In this document: positions 1 through 6,973 of the stretch, piece after piece
Position numbering within the stretch: position 1 is the stretch's first letter
Layout of the letters: every line of letters begins with the position of its first letter
Virus record (IMG/VR): IMGVR_UViG_3300033512_000100
Span: 1-26,451 of that record
Source: a virus
Taxonomy: Duplodnaviria; Caudoviricetes
Strand: one strand, 5' to 3'
DNA length: 26,451 nt
Translations under genes and position numbers: made by a program
Notes under the pieces: model-generated
Database searches by the model: none
Told to the model about the DNA's origin: nothing
What the model saw: only the letters and a program-made list of their open reading frames with translations

Positions 1-234
1 GTAACAAGAAGACAATTTAAAATAGCTTTAGCTGTCTTGGGGTATAATGAAAATAATATTTTAGATGGAATTAATCAATTACCTGAACCTAATAAAACTA
101 TAGCGAGGATATCATATACCGAAAGTGGAACGTTTGAAAGACATTCCCAAGATTTAATATTTGTAGCAAAATCCTTTCTAAACTTAACAGACCAACAAAT
201 AGACGAAGTATTTTTAATAGCAATAACTTACTAA
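1..234 (+). CDS. C-terminal part of a tail-fibre-associated (assembly-type) protein, 5' truncated
   Basis: Frame 1 is open from base 1 (VTRRQFKIALAVLG...F-R...L-LTDQQIDEVF), a pattern typical of small proteins that follow phage tail fibres. The track's TTG start at 37 is an edge artefact. Confidence 0.6.
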   Translation, partial: VTRRQFKIALAVLGYNENNILDGINQLPEPNKTIARISYTESGTFERHSQDLIFVAKSFLNLTDQQIDEVFLIAITY

Positions 235-302
235 ACAATTGGTGAGTTATTGTTTTATGGATATATTAATAATACGATTATGAAACTTTAAATAAATTAG
301 AT

Positions 303-431
303 ATGAACAACAAAAAATTATTAGTAGAACAAGAACCAAATGAAGAACAAGCAAAAACTATTGAAGAAATTATAGTTATTTTAGATTCGGTTGGGTTGGA
401 ATTGATTGGTACGAGACCAAAAGATAGATAA
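303..431 (+). CDS. 42-aa small acidic peptide ending ELIGTRPKDR
   Basis: Manual translation MNNKKLLVEQEPNEEQAKTIEEIIVILDSVGLELIGTRPKDR*. Its TAA overlaps the next ATG (TAATG, 429-433). Confidence 0.7.
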   Translation: MNNKKLLVEQEPNEEQAKTIEEIIVILDSVGLELIGTRPKDR

Positions 432-814
432 TGAAATATTGGTTAAGCACAGCAACAATAATAAGCATAATTACTTATTTATTTTGGGAGACCATTAAGA
501 TAAACACAGGTATATCAGTATTTTACATAGGTAATGCGTTGTTTATATTTATGCTGTGCTTTTACCTTTATTTTAGTGATAGAAGTAATAATATAAAATT
601 TATTTTAGTTTCTTTATCACTGAATAATTTATTAGATGAGTTATTTTTTGATAATACTATATTTCAGCTTAACGAATTAATGTTTTTAATTGGAGTTATA
701 TTAATTTTGTTAATAAGAATAAAGAATGATAGAAAATTTCAAAGGGTGGGAAGAACAATTAATGAGTTTTTTCGTAAAAATATTACTTCCCGCAATAACA
801 GGAATAGCAATTAG
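431..814 (+). CDS. Multi-pass membrane protein in the lysis region
   Basis: About 4 hydrophobic segments, polar motif NNLLDELFFD..NE, coupled to the upstream peptide, overlaps the next gene by 89 nt. Confidence 0.75.
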   Translation: MKYWLSTATIISIITYLFWETIKINTGISVFYIGNALFIFMLCFYLYFSDRSNNIKFILVSLSLNNLLDELFFDNTIFQLNELMFLIGVILILLIRIKNDRKFQRVGRTINEFFRKNITSRNNRNSN

Positions 815-1283
815 AATTGGAGTGACTATGGAGAAAGAGAAAATTACGTTATTTAGAGTGATATTATCGTTAATAACAGGAGTTGGATTTGTATACCTTT
901 TACAAGGACCTATAGTTGCTACTATAATGATTGAATACCAACCACTAGCTTATGGTTTATTAGCTATGAGTGGTGAGTATATAGGTAAATTTATGATAAA
1001 TAGATTTAATTTAGATAAAATAATTTCAACAATAGTAAACAAATTCTTGGTTTACGCAACAAATTTAACAGGTATGAAAATAATATTCCATAATTTTTTA
1101 AGTACTATACTAGGTATGGGAATGATTTACGCTTCTATAATGATGGAATTCGAAATATGGTTTAGAATATTTTTAATTTTATTAGGTATTATATTAGTGT
1201 TTTCCAAAGATACATTATTCAGTAGATTAGGTAAACTGATAGATAACGTATTTAATTATTTCAATAAAGATAATAAGGGGTAA
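726..1283 (+). CDS. Putative holin, possibly two fused holin-like modules
   Basis: About 5 hydrophobic helices, charged C-terminal tail, position after tail genes, in-frame ATG at 1074. Confidence 0.55.
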   Translation: MIENFKGWEEQLMSFFVKILLPAITGIAIRIGVTMEKEKITLFRVILSLITGVGFVYLLQGPIVATIMIEYQPLAYGLLAMSGEYIGKFMINRFNLDKIISTIVNKFLVYATNLTGMKIIFHNFLSTILGMGMIYASIMMEFEIWFRIFLILLGIILVFSKDTLFSRLGKLIDNVFNYFNKDNKG

Positions 1284-1347
1284 TTGGTCGAGAGGTTATA
1301 CATATGTTTTTAGAACGTACACATCAGTTCGAATCTGATATTACCCT
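1278..1347 (+). tRNA. tRNA-like element with anticodon TTA (ochre suppressor or pseudo-tRNA)
   Basis: Acceptor GGGTAAT/ATTACCC (7/7), T arm ATCAG-TTCGAAT-CTGAT, D loop with AG.GG, anticodon stem TATGT/ACGTA with loop TTTTAGA. Weak D stem, 3-nt variable loop, 3' end TCAA rather than NCCA. Confidence 0.7.
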
Positions 1348-1351
1348 CAAT

Positions 1352-1384
1352 AAAGAAGGCGCTAAATTAGCGCCTTTCTTGTGT
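1352..1384. terminator. Bidirectional intrinsic terminator between convergent units
   Basis: AAGGCGCTA-AAT-TAGCGCCTT stem with A-rich 5' and T-rich 3' flanks. Confidence 0.8.
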
Positions 1385-1400
1385 TTATTTTTATTAAAAT

Positions 1401-1775
1401 TTATTCTATTATATCTACAATTTTACTACCATCATTTATAACTTTTAATTCTAATTGGTTATAAATAAAATTGTTATTAGAATCCAAACTAGCTGCATTT
1501 ATTTCATATTTTATAGTATCTTCTATAGTTTGAGAACTTAAAATTTCAGCATTATAAATAAATTTTTTTAAATTCTGATAATTCTCCATTTCTCTCACTT
1601 TTAATACTCTTACAACTACATAATTTTCTGCTTCAAATAAATAAGTATCTTTTTGATAAACTATATTTGTTGAATCTTTTAGTTCTTTAGTATATCTCAT
1701 ATATGAAATATTAGTTTCTGTTTCACAACTTACTAAACTCAAGCCTAATAATAAGGCAATTAATAATTTTTTCAT
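1401..1775 (-). CDS. Lipoprotein of unknown function
   Basis: Signal peptidase II signal MKKLLIALLLGLSLVS-C. Confidence 0.8.
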   Translation of the reverse strand: MKKLLIALLLGLSLVSCETETNISYMRYTKELKDSTNIVYQKDTYLFEAENYVVVRVLKVREMENYQNLKKFIYNAEILSSQTIEDTIKYEINAASLDSNNNFIYNQLELKVINDGSKIVDIIE

Positions 1776-1794
1776 TTTTATTTTTTTTAAATTA

Positions 1795-1814
1795 CAGGTA
1801 TAAATATACGAAAG
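1795..1814 (-). promoter_or_regulatory. Class A promoter motif (CGTATATTTATAC) for the lipoprotein gene
   Basis: Reverse complement CTTTCGTATATTTATACCTG matches 5580-5599 at 19/20 positions; about 20 nt upstream of the ATG. Confidence 0.65.
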
Positions 1815-1826
1815 AACCTTGAAAAT

Positions 1827-2078
1827 TTATTTCCTTTTTACAATTTGAAGATATTTTAAAGTAACACTAATTTCTTTTTGAATTTCTTTCATTTCTTTCA
1901 TCTTATCATCCATTCTTTTTAATAAACCACCAACATCTATTTCAGGTGATTGTGGTCTTGTTTTAAATGTTCCTTTAGGTCTACCTTTACCTCTTTTACC
2001 TAATTCTAACAACGATAATCTTTGTTGTCTTTTACTTTCTGGATTAACTGGACGTCCTTGTTTTTTAATTGTTTTCAT
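1827..2078 (-). CDS. Small basic AT-hook-like DNA-binding protein with C-terminal coiled coil
   Basis: Two GRP motifs (KKQGRPV, RGKGRPKG) and a heptad-like C-terminus. Confidence 0.65.
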   Translation of the reverse strand: MKTIKKQGRPVNPESKRQQRLSLLELGKRGKGRPKGTFKTRPQSPEIDVGGLLKRMDDKMKEMKEIQKEISVTLKYLQIVKRK

Positions 2079-2135
2079 AATCTTTATTATTTTAAATTAT
2101 GCTATAAAATTAATACCTACATTTCACCCAACCAA

Positions 2136-2171
2136 ATAAAATAGAAAAGACTTACAAATTAATGTAAGTCT
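2136..2171 (-). terminator. Intrinsic terminator of the leftward rep operon
   Basis: AGACTTACA-N6-TGTAAGTCT (2148-2171), followed on the minus strand by a T-rich tract. Confidence 0.65.
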
Positions 2172-2274
2172 AATCAACGTTTATAAATAAAATAATTAAG
2201 AGTCAATATAGTATATTATATTCGACGTGTATGTGTTTAAATCGCTTATATTCAATTAATAACGCCATATATCA

Positions 2275-2433
2275 TTAAGGTATAATATTAAACAATTTCC
2301 ATAACTGATATGTTATACGAAATTTAATTCTTTCATCATATTGTTCAGCTGTAAATCTATTTAATTTAGCAGTTTCATTTAAAGTTGATGTTTTATTTGA
2401 ATTAAGTCTGTATTTAAGTGTTTGTGTTCTCAT
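2275..2433 (-). CDS. 52-aa hypothetical protein
   Basis: Manual translation MRTQTLKYRLNSNKTSTLNETAKLNRFTAEQYDERIKFRITYQLWKLFNIIP*; starts 3 nt after the GIY-YIG stop. Confidence 0.55.
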   Translation of the reverse strand: MRTQTLKYRLNSNKTSTLNETAKLNRFTAEQYDERIKFRITYQLWKLFNIIP

Positions 2434-2436
2434 GAT

Positions 2437-2823
2437 TTATTTATTATATTGTTTATTTAATAATAAATATTTATCTCTATTTTCATATATATGAAATTTC
2501 TCCATTTTAACATCAGAATCTAATATCTGTACTTCTAATTTTCTATATTGTAATATTTCCAAAATTCTTAGAGATAAATTATAATTATCTGAGAAACCTA
2601 TCGTTAAAATACCAAATATATGATTTGCTATTCTATTATTTAAGTTAATAGATTTACCTATATAAAAATCTTCTATAAAATATACTCCTGATTTATAATT
2701 ATTTGGATTATATATATTAGCAAATTTATACACATTGTTTCCTAAATATTCATGAGATGGTAAATTATCATATGATTTTTTAAATATTGGTACCATTAAT
2801 GGTAAGTAATTTATATTTTCCAT
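2437..2823 (-). CDS. GIY-YIG family endonuclease
   Basis: SGVYFI..FYIGKS.NL..RI..H motif, a later conserved E (MEKFHI) and terminal LLN. Confidence 0.8.
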   Translation of the reverse strand: MENINYLPLMVPIFKKSYDNLPSHEYLGNNVYKFANIYNPNNYKSGVYFIEDFYIGKSINLNNRIANHIFGILTIGFSDNYNLSLRILEILQYRKLEVQILDSDVKMEKFHIYENRDKYLLLNKQYNK

Positions 2824-2825
2824 AA

Positions 2826-3467
2826 TTAAAGTGTTTCTAAAATTAATAATTCTTGAATTTTTTCCACTTTTTGTTTATCTGATTTAGTTAATGTAATTCC
2901 ATTTTCATTTTTAATAATTAAATCATTTATTATTATTTTTTCATTATTAAATCTATTACCAAATTCATCTAATTCTGATAATTTCAATTCTAATATATAT
3001 TTATCTTTTTCTAATTGTTCCATATTATTAGGTTTTAAAGAAGTTTCAACCTTTGCTGGTGTTTTAATTGGTTTAATTGGTTCTGATTTAGGAATTCCTA
3101 CAATAGGTTGTGAAATAACAACATCTTCATTTAAAATTGATGCTATTTTATCCCAATTTATAGTGTAATATTTTTTTCTTGGTAATCCTTGTAATTTAGT
3201 AGATATAAATCCTATAGAAATTAATTTCTTTTCAGCTGATAGTGTAACTTTTTCAGAGAATCCTAATTCATTTTTTAACATTTCTTTTGTATTAAAAAAA
3301 TATCCATCTTGTAATTCACCTCTGTTTTCAAAATATTGATATTTACTGATAAGTGATGATAAAATTAATGCAGCATTCGCATTATCTAATTTTTTTAGTA
3401 TTTTTTTATTTACTAATAAGAAAGCGTCTTGAGAAAGTGTGTTTTGAACTAATTGTTTTAAAGTCAT
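2826..3467 (-). CDS. Replication initiator / replisome organiser with N-terminal winged helix
   Basis: AALILS.LI..Y.YF...DGYFF.T...L..ELG.S......KKL...GFI....G.P.K.YY.IN pattern typical of phage initiators; adjacent to a long non-coding region. Confidence 0.7.
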   Translation of the reverse strand: MTLKQLVQNTLSQDAFLLVNKKILKKLDNANAALILSSLISKYQYFENRGELQDGYFFNTKEMLKNELGFSEKVTLSAEKKLISIGFISTKLQGLPRKKYYTINWDKIASILNEDVVISQPIVGIPKSEPIKPIKTPAKVETSLKPNNMEQLEKDKYILELKLSELDEFGNRFNNEKIIINDLIIKNENGITLTKSDKQKVEKIQELLILETL

Positions 3468-3560
3468 TTTATTTGGGTTTTATTAAGTTAATTGGGTTTT
3501 ACAGGACCCAAACCAGGGGTAGCTACTCCCCTGGAACCTGACTCAATAATTCCTTATTGT
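3468..3560 (-). promoter_or_regulatory. Structured 5' leader of the initiator gene
   Basis: GC-rich hairpin CCAGGGG-N8-CCCCTGG (3513-3534) flanked by CAGG/CCTG and repeated AAAACCCAA. Confidence 0.55.
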
Positions 3561-3564
3561 GCGA

Positions 3565-3607
3565 GTATAAATATACGAGAAAATTTCAAAAATCAAAATA
3601 CTTTTAA
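3565..3607 (-). promoter_or_regulatory. Class A promoter for the leftward rep operon
   Basis: Inverted copy of 5554-5596 (37/43 identical); TTTG-N18-TATATTTA. Confidence 0.7.
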
Positions 3608-3627
3608 GAAACATTAAAAACTTCTAG

Positions 3628-3760
3628 TATTCTGCGCTACAGCGTAAATGTATATGCGCTACCGACCAAATCGCTTATACGTAAAGTACCAAACCGGCGT
3701 GGTAATAATAACCAATAATAAAAATAGATATAATAATAACCAGTTAATAATATAATTAAA
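3628..3760. other. Candidate replication origin (iteron-like units plus AT-rich tract)
   Basis: Three imperfect 22-23 bp units (TGCGCTAC at 3633 and 3655, CCAAA at 3666 and 3689), then TAATAATAACCA twice; next to the initiator gene. Confidence 0.45.
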
Positions 3761-4305
3761 TAATATGTTGGAAATATACCTGATTATATGGTAAATATTA
3801 GGAATAATTTTGGATTTTTTAAATTTTAGCCTGAGTAAATAGTAAATAGTAAAAACTTCCTTAATTCTTTATATTAAACATACGAAATAAACTTCAAATT
3901 ATTAGATAAATAGAAAATTAAATTAATAATATACTAATATCAGGCGATAATAATTGAATACCAACCAAAATTAAATATTCAGACGATAACATATCTATTT
4001 CCATAACACCTCATCATTATAATTGATAATCGCTTATAATTATACTCATTAGATAAGAAATTCAGTAATAAATAAATAAAATATTATGTAATAAATTAAA
4101 TCTAATTTTAATGTCTAAATAATATAATATTCAGGCGCGTATTACTTATATATCAATGAAATTAAATTATATAATATACAATTTACCATACTCCATATTA
4201 TTAGAATAAATTAATTGATAATCGTTGATATTTAATTATTAAATTCCCAACAATAAAATTGTAAATTCAATATTTCTCTTATATATTTATATCAAATAAA
4301 TAAAA

Positions 4306-4989
4306 ATGGAAAATAAATTAAAAATGTGTTTGGATTGCAAGGAAAATAAATCATTAATTGAATTTGTTAAGAATAAAGCAAGAAATGATGGTTTAGAAAT
4401 ATATTGTAAATCTTGTAATAAATTAAGAAGAGATAATTATAAATATTCATGTAAAGAAATTAAAACATTAAAAAATATCCCTGAAATAAATAAATGGTTA
4501 CAAGATAATTATGAACAATTAATTATTAATTGTAAAAAAACATGTGGTTCAGGTTATAAATATTGGGGCGAAGATTTACTTCCATTTATAATAGAAGAAT
4601 TCTTATATAAACCAGAAGAATATCAAATGAAAGTATTTAATGATGGAAAAATGGAAAATTGGATTACTAAAGCGATGTCATTTCAATTAAAATTATCTTC
4701 ATCTCCATTTTATCACAAATATAGAAAAGATTTAATTAATGAAAGAAGTACTGGTTTAGAAAATATGGAATACGAAACCGATTCTTATAATGAAGAAATC
4801 ATTACCAAATTGCATGAACTAATAAATAAAATGGATGATGAAAATAGACAAATATGTACTGATTTATTTATTAATGGTAAAGAAATAAAAGAAACTAGAG
4901 AAAAATTTAATATAAATCAACACGCAATGGTAAAAAAAGTAAAACAATATAAAAAATACTTTTATTCCCAATTAAAACAATATGTATAA
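4306..4989 (+). CDS. Sigma70/ECF-like transcription factor with N-terminal zinc-ribbon domain
   Basis: N-terminal CLDC..GL..YCKSC, region-2-like W...NY..L....EDLL, region-4-like HTH (LINKMDDENRQI...GKEIKETREKFNI). Confidence 0.55.
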   Translation: MENKLKMCLDCKENKSLIEFVKNKARNDGLEIYCKSCNKLRRDNYKYSCKEIKTLKNIPEINKWLQDNYEQLIINCKKTCGSGYKYWGEDLLPFIIEEFLYKPEEYQMKVFNDGKMENWITKAMSFQLKLSSSPFYHKYRKDLINERSTGLENMEYETDSYNEEIITKLHELINKMDDENRQICTDLFINGKEIKETREKFNINQHAMVKKVKQYKKYFYSQLKQYV

Positions 4990-5041
4990 TCAGCGAATAT
5001 AAGCGATTTAAAATATTATTAATATAAAAATACATAAATAT

Positions 5042-5221
5042 ATGATACAATACATTCTAATTTATTTACTCGTTGGTTCTTCATTAACTTTAATTATAGA
5101 TTTAATAAATAAATCAATACAACCAACGTATAAACATCAAATAAGTACTTTACTGTTATGGCCCATAGTAATATTTCATTTTATACGATTAGTAATACAA
5201 TATATTGCGCGTAATAAATGA
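5042..5221 (+). CDS. 59-aa two-helix membrane protein
   Basis: Manual translation MIQYILIYLLVGSSLTLIID...STLLLWPIVIFHFIRLVIQYIARNK*. Confidence 0.65.
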   Translation: MIQYILIYLLVGSSLTLIIDLINKSIQPTYKHQISTLLLWPIVIFHFIRLVIQYIARNK

Positions 5222-5225
5222 GTAC

Positions 5226-5299
5226 CTGCGATTTAAACGCATATCTATAATTAGACATATAAGGTAGTGGAATTGAATTAAAATCGCTTTAAATCGCAG
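5226..5299. repeat. Inverted-repeat element built from the dispersed TTTAAATCGC motif
   Basis: CTGCGATTTAAA (5226-5237) and TTTAAATCGCAG (5288-5299) form a perfect 12-bp inverted pair with a 50-bp spacer. Confidence 0.75.
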
Positions 5300-5359
5300 A
5301 AAAAATAATTTAATGTTTCTATTTCTTTACCATATTTATAATCACAAATAAAAAATCTC

Positions 5360-5557
5360 ATGTTAATAACACCAAACAAAAACGTAATTATTGAATTCTT
5401 TAAATATAAAAATTTATATGTATCATCTTTAAGATATTGTAAGAAATATGAACTGATTTATATTATTTATGATTTGGGTCTTCAATGGCAATTAGAGGGA
5501 TTTAATACACAATATATGAGAAAGCAACAATTATTAAAAAATTATTCACTTAATTAA
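5360..5557 (+). CDS. Hypothetical protein
   Basis: 65-aa ORF preceded by class A motif CATATTTATA (5331-5340) and an A-rich leader. Confidence 0.6.
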   Translation: MLITPNKNVIIEFFKYKNLYVSSLRYCKKYELIYIIYDLGLQWQLEGFNTQYMRKQQLLKNYSLN

Positions 5558-5599
5558 AAGTATTTTGATTTTTAAATTCCTTTCATATATTTATACCTG
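5554..5599 (+). promoter_or_regulatory. Class A promoter with no ORF downstream
   Basis: Near-identical to the rep and lipoprotein promoters. Confidence 0.7.
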
Positions 5600-5691
5600 A
5601 TAATAAGTAATAAATTATATTAAAATACACTAGTTACTTGACATTTCTAGAATTATTTTGTTTTTAACCCTACAGAAATGTAGGGTTTTTT
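5598..5691 (+). ncRNA. Candidate small RNA of about 90 nt
   Basis: Bounded by a class A promoter and an intrinsic terminator, no ATG-initiated ORF, complementary in blocks to 5735-5772. Confidence 0.55.
5666..5691 (+). terminator. Intrinsic terminator
   Basis: AACCCTACA-GAAA-TGTAGGGTT followed by TTTT. Confidence 0.85.
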
Positions 5692-5758
5692 CTTTCTCTT
5701 GCATTTTCTCTTCCTTTGCTATATTTATGGATATAACAAAATAAAAACAATAAAAAAA

Positions 5759-6169
5759 ATGTCAACTCTAGTAAAAAACCAAGCATTATTTAATCAACCA
5801 TTATTATTTGATGGTATCCAATCCGATAAAATATATCCTTCTGATGTAGATTCATTTATCGAATTATTTAACAAATACCTTATTATGATAGAAGTTAAAG
5901 TTAAAGGAAAAGATATTACATTAGGACAAAATATTGCACTTTCAAGAATATGTGATAGTTGGGAAGCTGATAAAAATAAAACAGGTATGGTACTACATGT
6001 ATATCATTCAGAATATGATTCATCCAAACCAATTATGTTAAAAGATTGTGTAGTAAACAAAGTATATACAAAAGGTAAATGGAAAAATATGACAAACTCA
6101 GTGTCTGTTAAAGATTTCTTAATTATGTTTGGAAATAAATTCGGTATTAATCAATTAAAAAATATATAA
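5759..6169 (+). CDS. PD-(D/E)XK family nuclease
   Basis: PSDVD...IEVK....GQ..AL catalytic pattern. Start moved to ATG 5759 because 5699-5728 is a class A promoter (TTG-N18-TATATTTA). Confidence 0.65.
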   Translation: MSTLVKNQALFNQPLLFDGIQSDKIYPSDVDSFIELFNKYLIMIEVKVKGKDITLGQNIALSRICDSWEADKNKTGMVLHVYHSEYDSSKPIMLKDCVVNKVYTKGKWKNMTNSVSVKDFLIMFGNKFGINQLKNI

Positions 6170-6405
6170 TGATATTCAAAACTACAATAGAAATATATGA
6201 ATCAAGTGAGAAATTTATTTATATTACAGAAAATTATAGAGAATATATTGAAGAATATTCAGTAGAAATAGATAGTCCATTATATAGTTTAGATAGAGGA
6301 AGAGTATTTAATATTAAATTAAGATTCGATAATCCAATTCAATATGCTGAATTTATTTGCAATCTAACTCAACATTTCCCTCAACAACATTATGAGATTT
6401 ATTAA
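6169..6405 (+). CDS. Hypothetical protein
   Basis: 78-aa ORF with TAATG coupling to the upstream gene. Confidence 0.7.
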   Translation: MIFKTTIEIYESSEKFIYITENYREYIEEYSVEIDSPLYSLDRGRVFNIKLRFDNPIQYAEFICNLTQHFPQQHYEIY

Positions 6406-6456
6406 TTCTTTCATTTTTCTCCAATATTTATACCAAACAAATAATAATAAAATAAA

Positions 6457-6570
6457 ATGACAACTAGAAATTCACAATTTTATCACGAACAAAACGAAAG
6501 AATCGATAATATTATCGCACAATTTCAACAAATTGAAGAAGAAATTACAAATAATATAACAAATGACTAA
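6457..6570 (+). CDS. 37-aa hypothetical peptide
   Basis: MTTRNSQFYHEQNERIDNIIAQFQQIEEEITNNITND*, after class A motif at 6424-6432 and an A-rich leader; overlaps the next start. Confidence 0.55.
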   Translation: MTTRNSQFYHEQNERIDNIIAQFQQIEEEITNNITND

Positions 6571-6973
6571 AATTAGAGTACAAAAAGTATATAATCCAAC
6601 AGAAAACGTTGATTTACCTGAAAAATCTAATTCAATTAATGGATTAGGTGATGTAGTTTCAACAATTACATCATTTCTTGGAATAGAAGAATGTGACAAG
6701 TGTAAAAAACGTAAAGAAGAATTAAATAAAGCGTTTCCTGTGTTATCAAAAGCAGAACCAATTAATCAAGATGATATAGATTTTATAAAATATTTAAAAA
6801 CATTAAAAACTATTAATCATGTTGATATAAAAATATTAGTATTCTTATATAACAAAGCATTCAAACAAAATATCAACTGTACCACATGCGGTTCAGTATT
6901 AAAATCAGCAATAGAAAAATTATATTCACTTTACCTTTACAAATACGCAACAGATGAGAAAGAATTCGATTAA
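6563..6973 (+). CDS. Cys-rich putative Zn-binding phage protein (GLGD...CxxC...FP...CxxC)
   Basis: GLGDVV, CDKC..RK..LN..FP, LYN..F, CTTC motifs. Confidence 0.75.
   Translation: MTKIRVQKVYNPTENVDLPEKSNSINGLGDVVSTITSFLGIEECDKCKKRKEELNKAFPVLSKAEPINQDDIDFIKYLKTLKTINHVDIKILVFLYNKAFKQNINCTTCGSVLKSAIEKLYSLYLYKYATDEKEFD

Noticed and set aside
1278-1347. tRNA-Pyl or tRNA-Leu(TAG) reading of the tRNA-like element
   Set aside because: Pyl needs a CTA anticodon and lacks the GG and TTC motifs present here; centring TAG in the loop breaks the anticodon stem.
3353-3541. 62-aa plus-strand ORF
   Set aside because: It overlaps the initiator and its leader on the opposite strand and has no supporting signals.
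3648-3755. 35-aa ORF MYMRYRPNRL... in the control region
   Set aside because: CG-rich codons unlike the rest of the genome; better explained as iteron-like DNA.
5638-5643. TTGACA as an E. coli-type -35 box
   Set aside because: No matching -10 at 16-18 nt, and other promoters here do not use this consensus.
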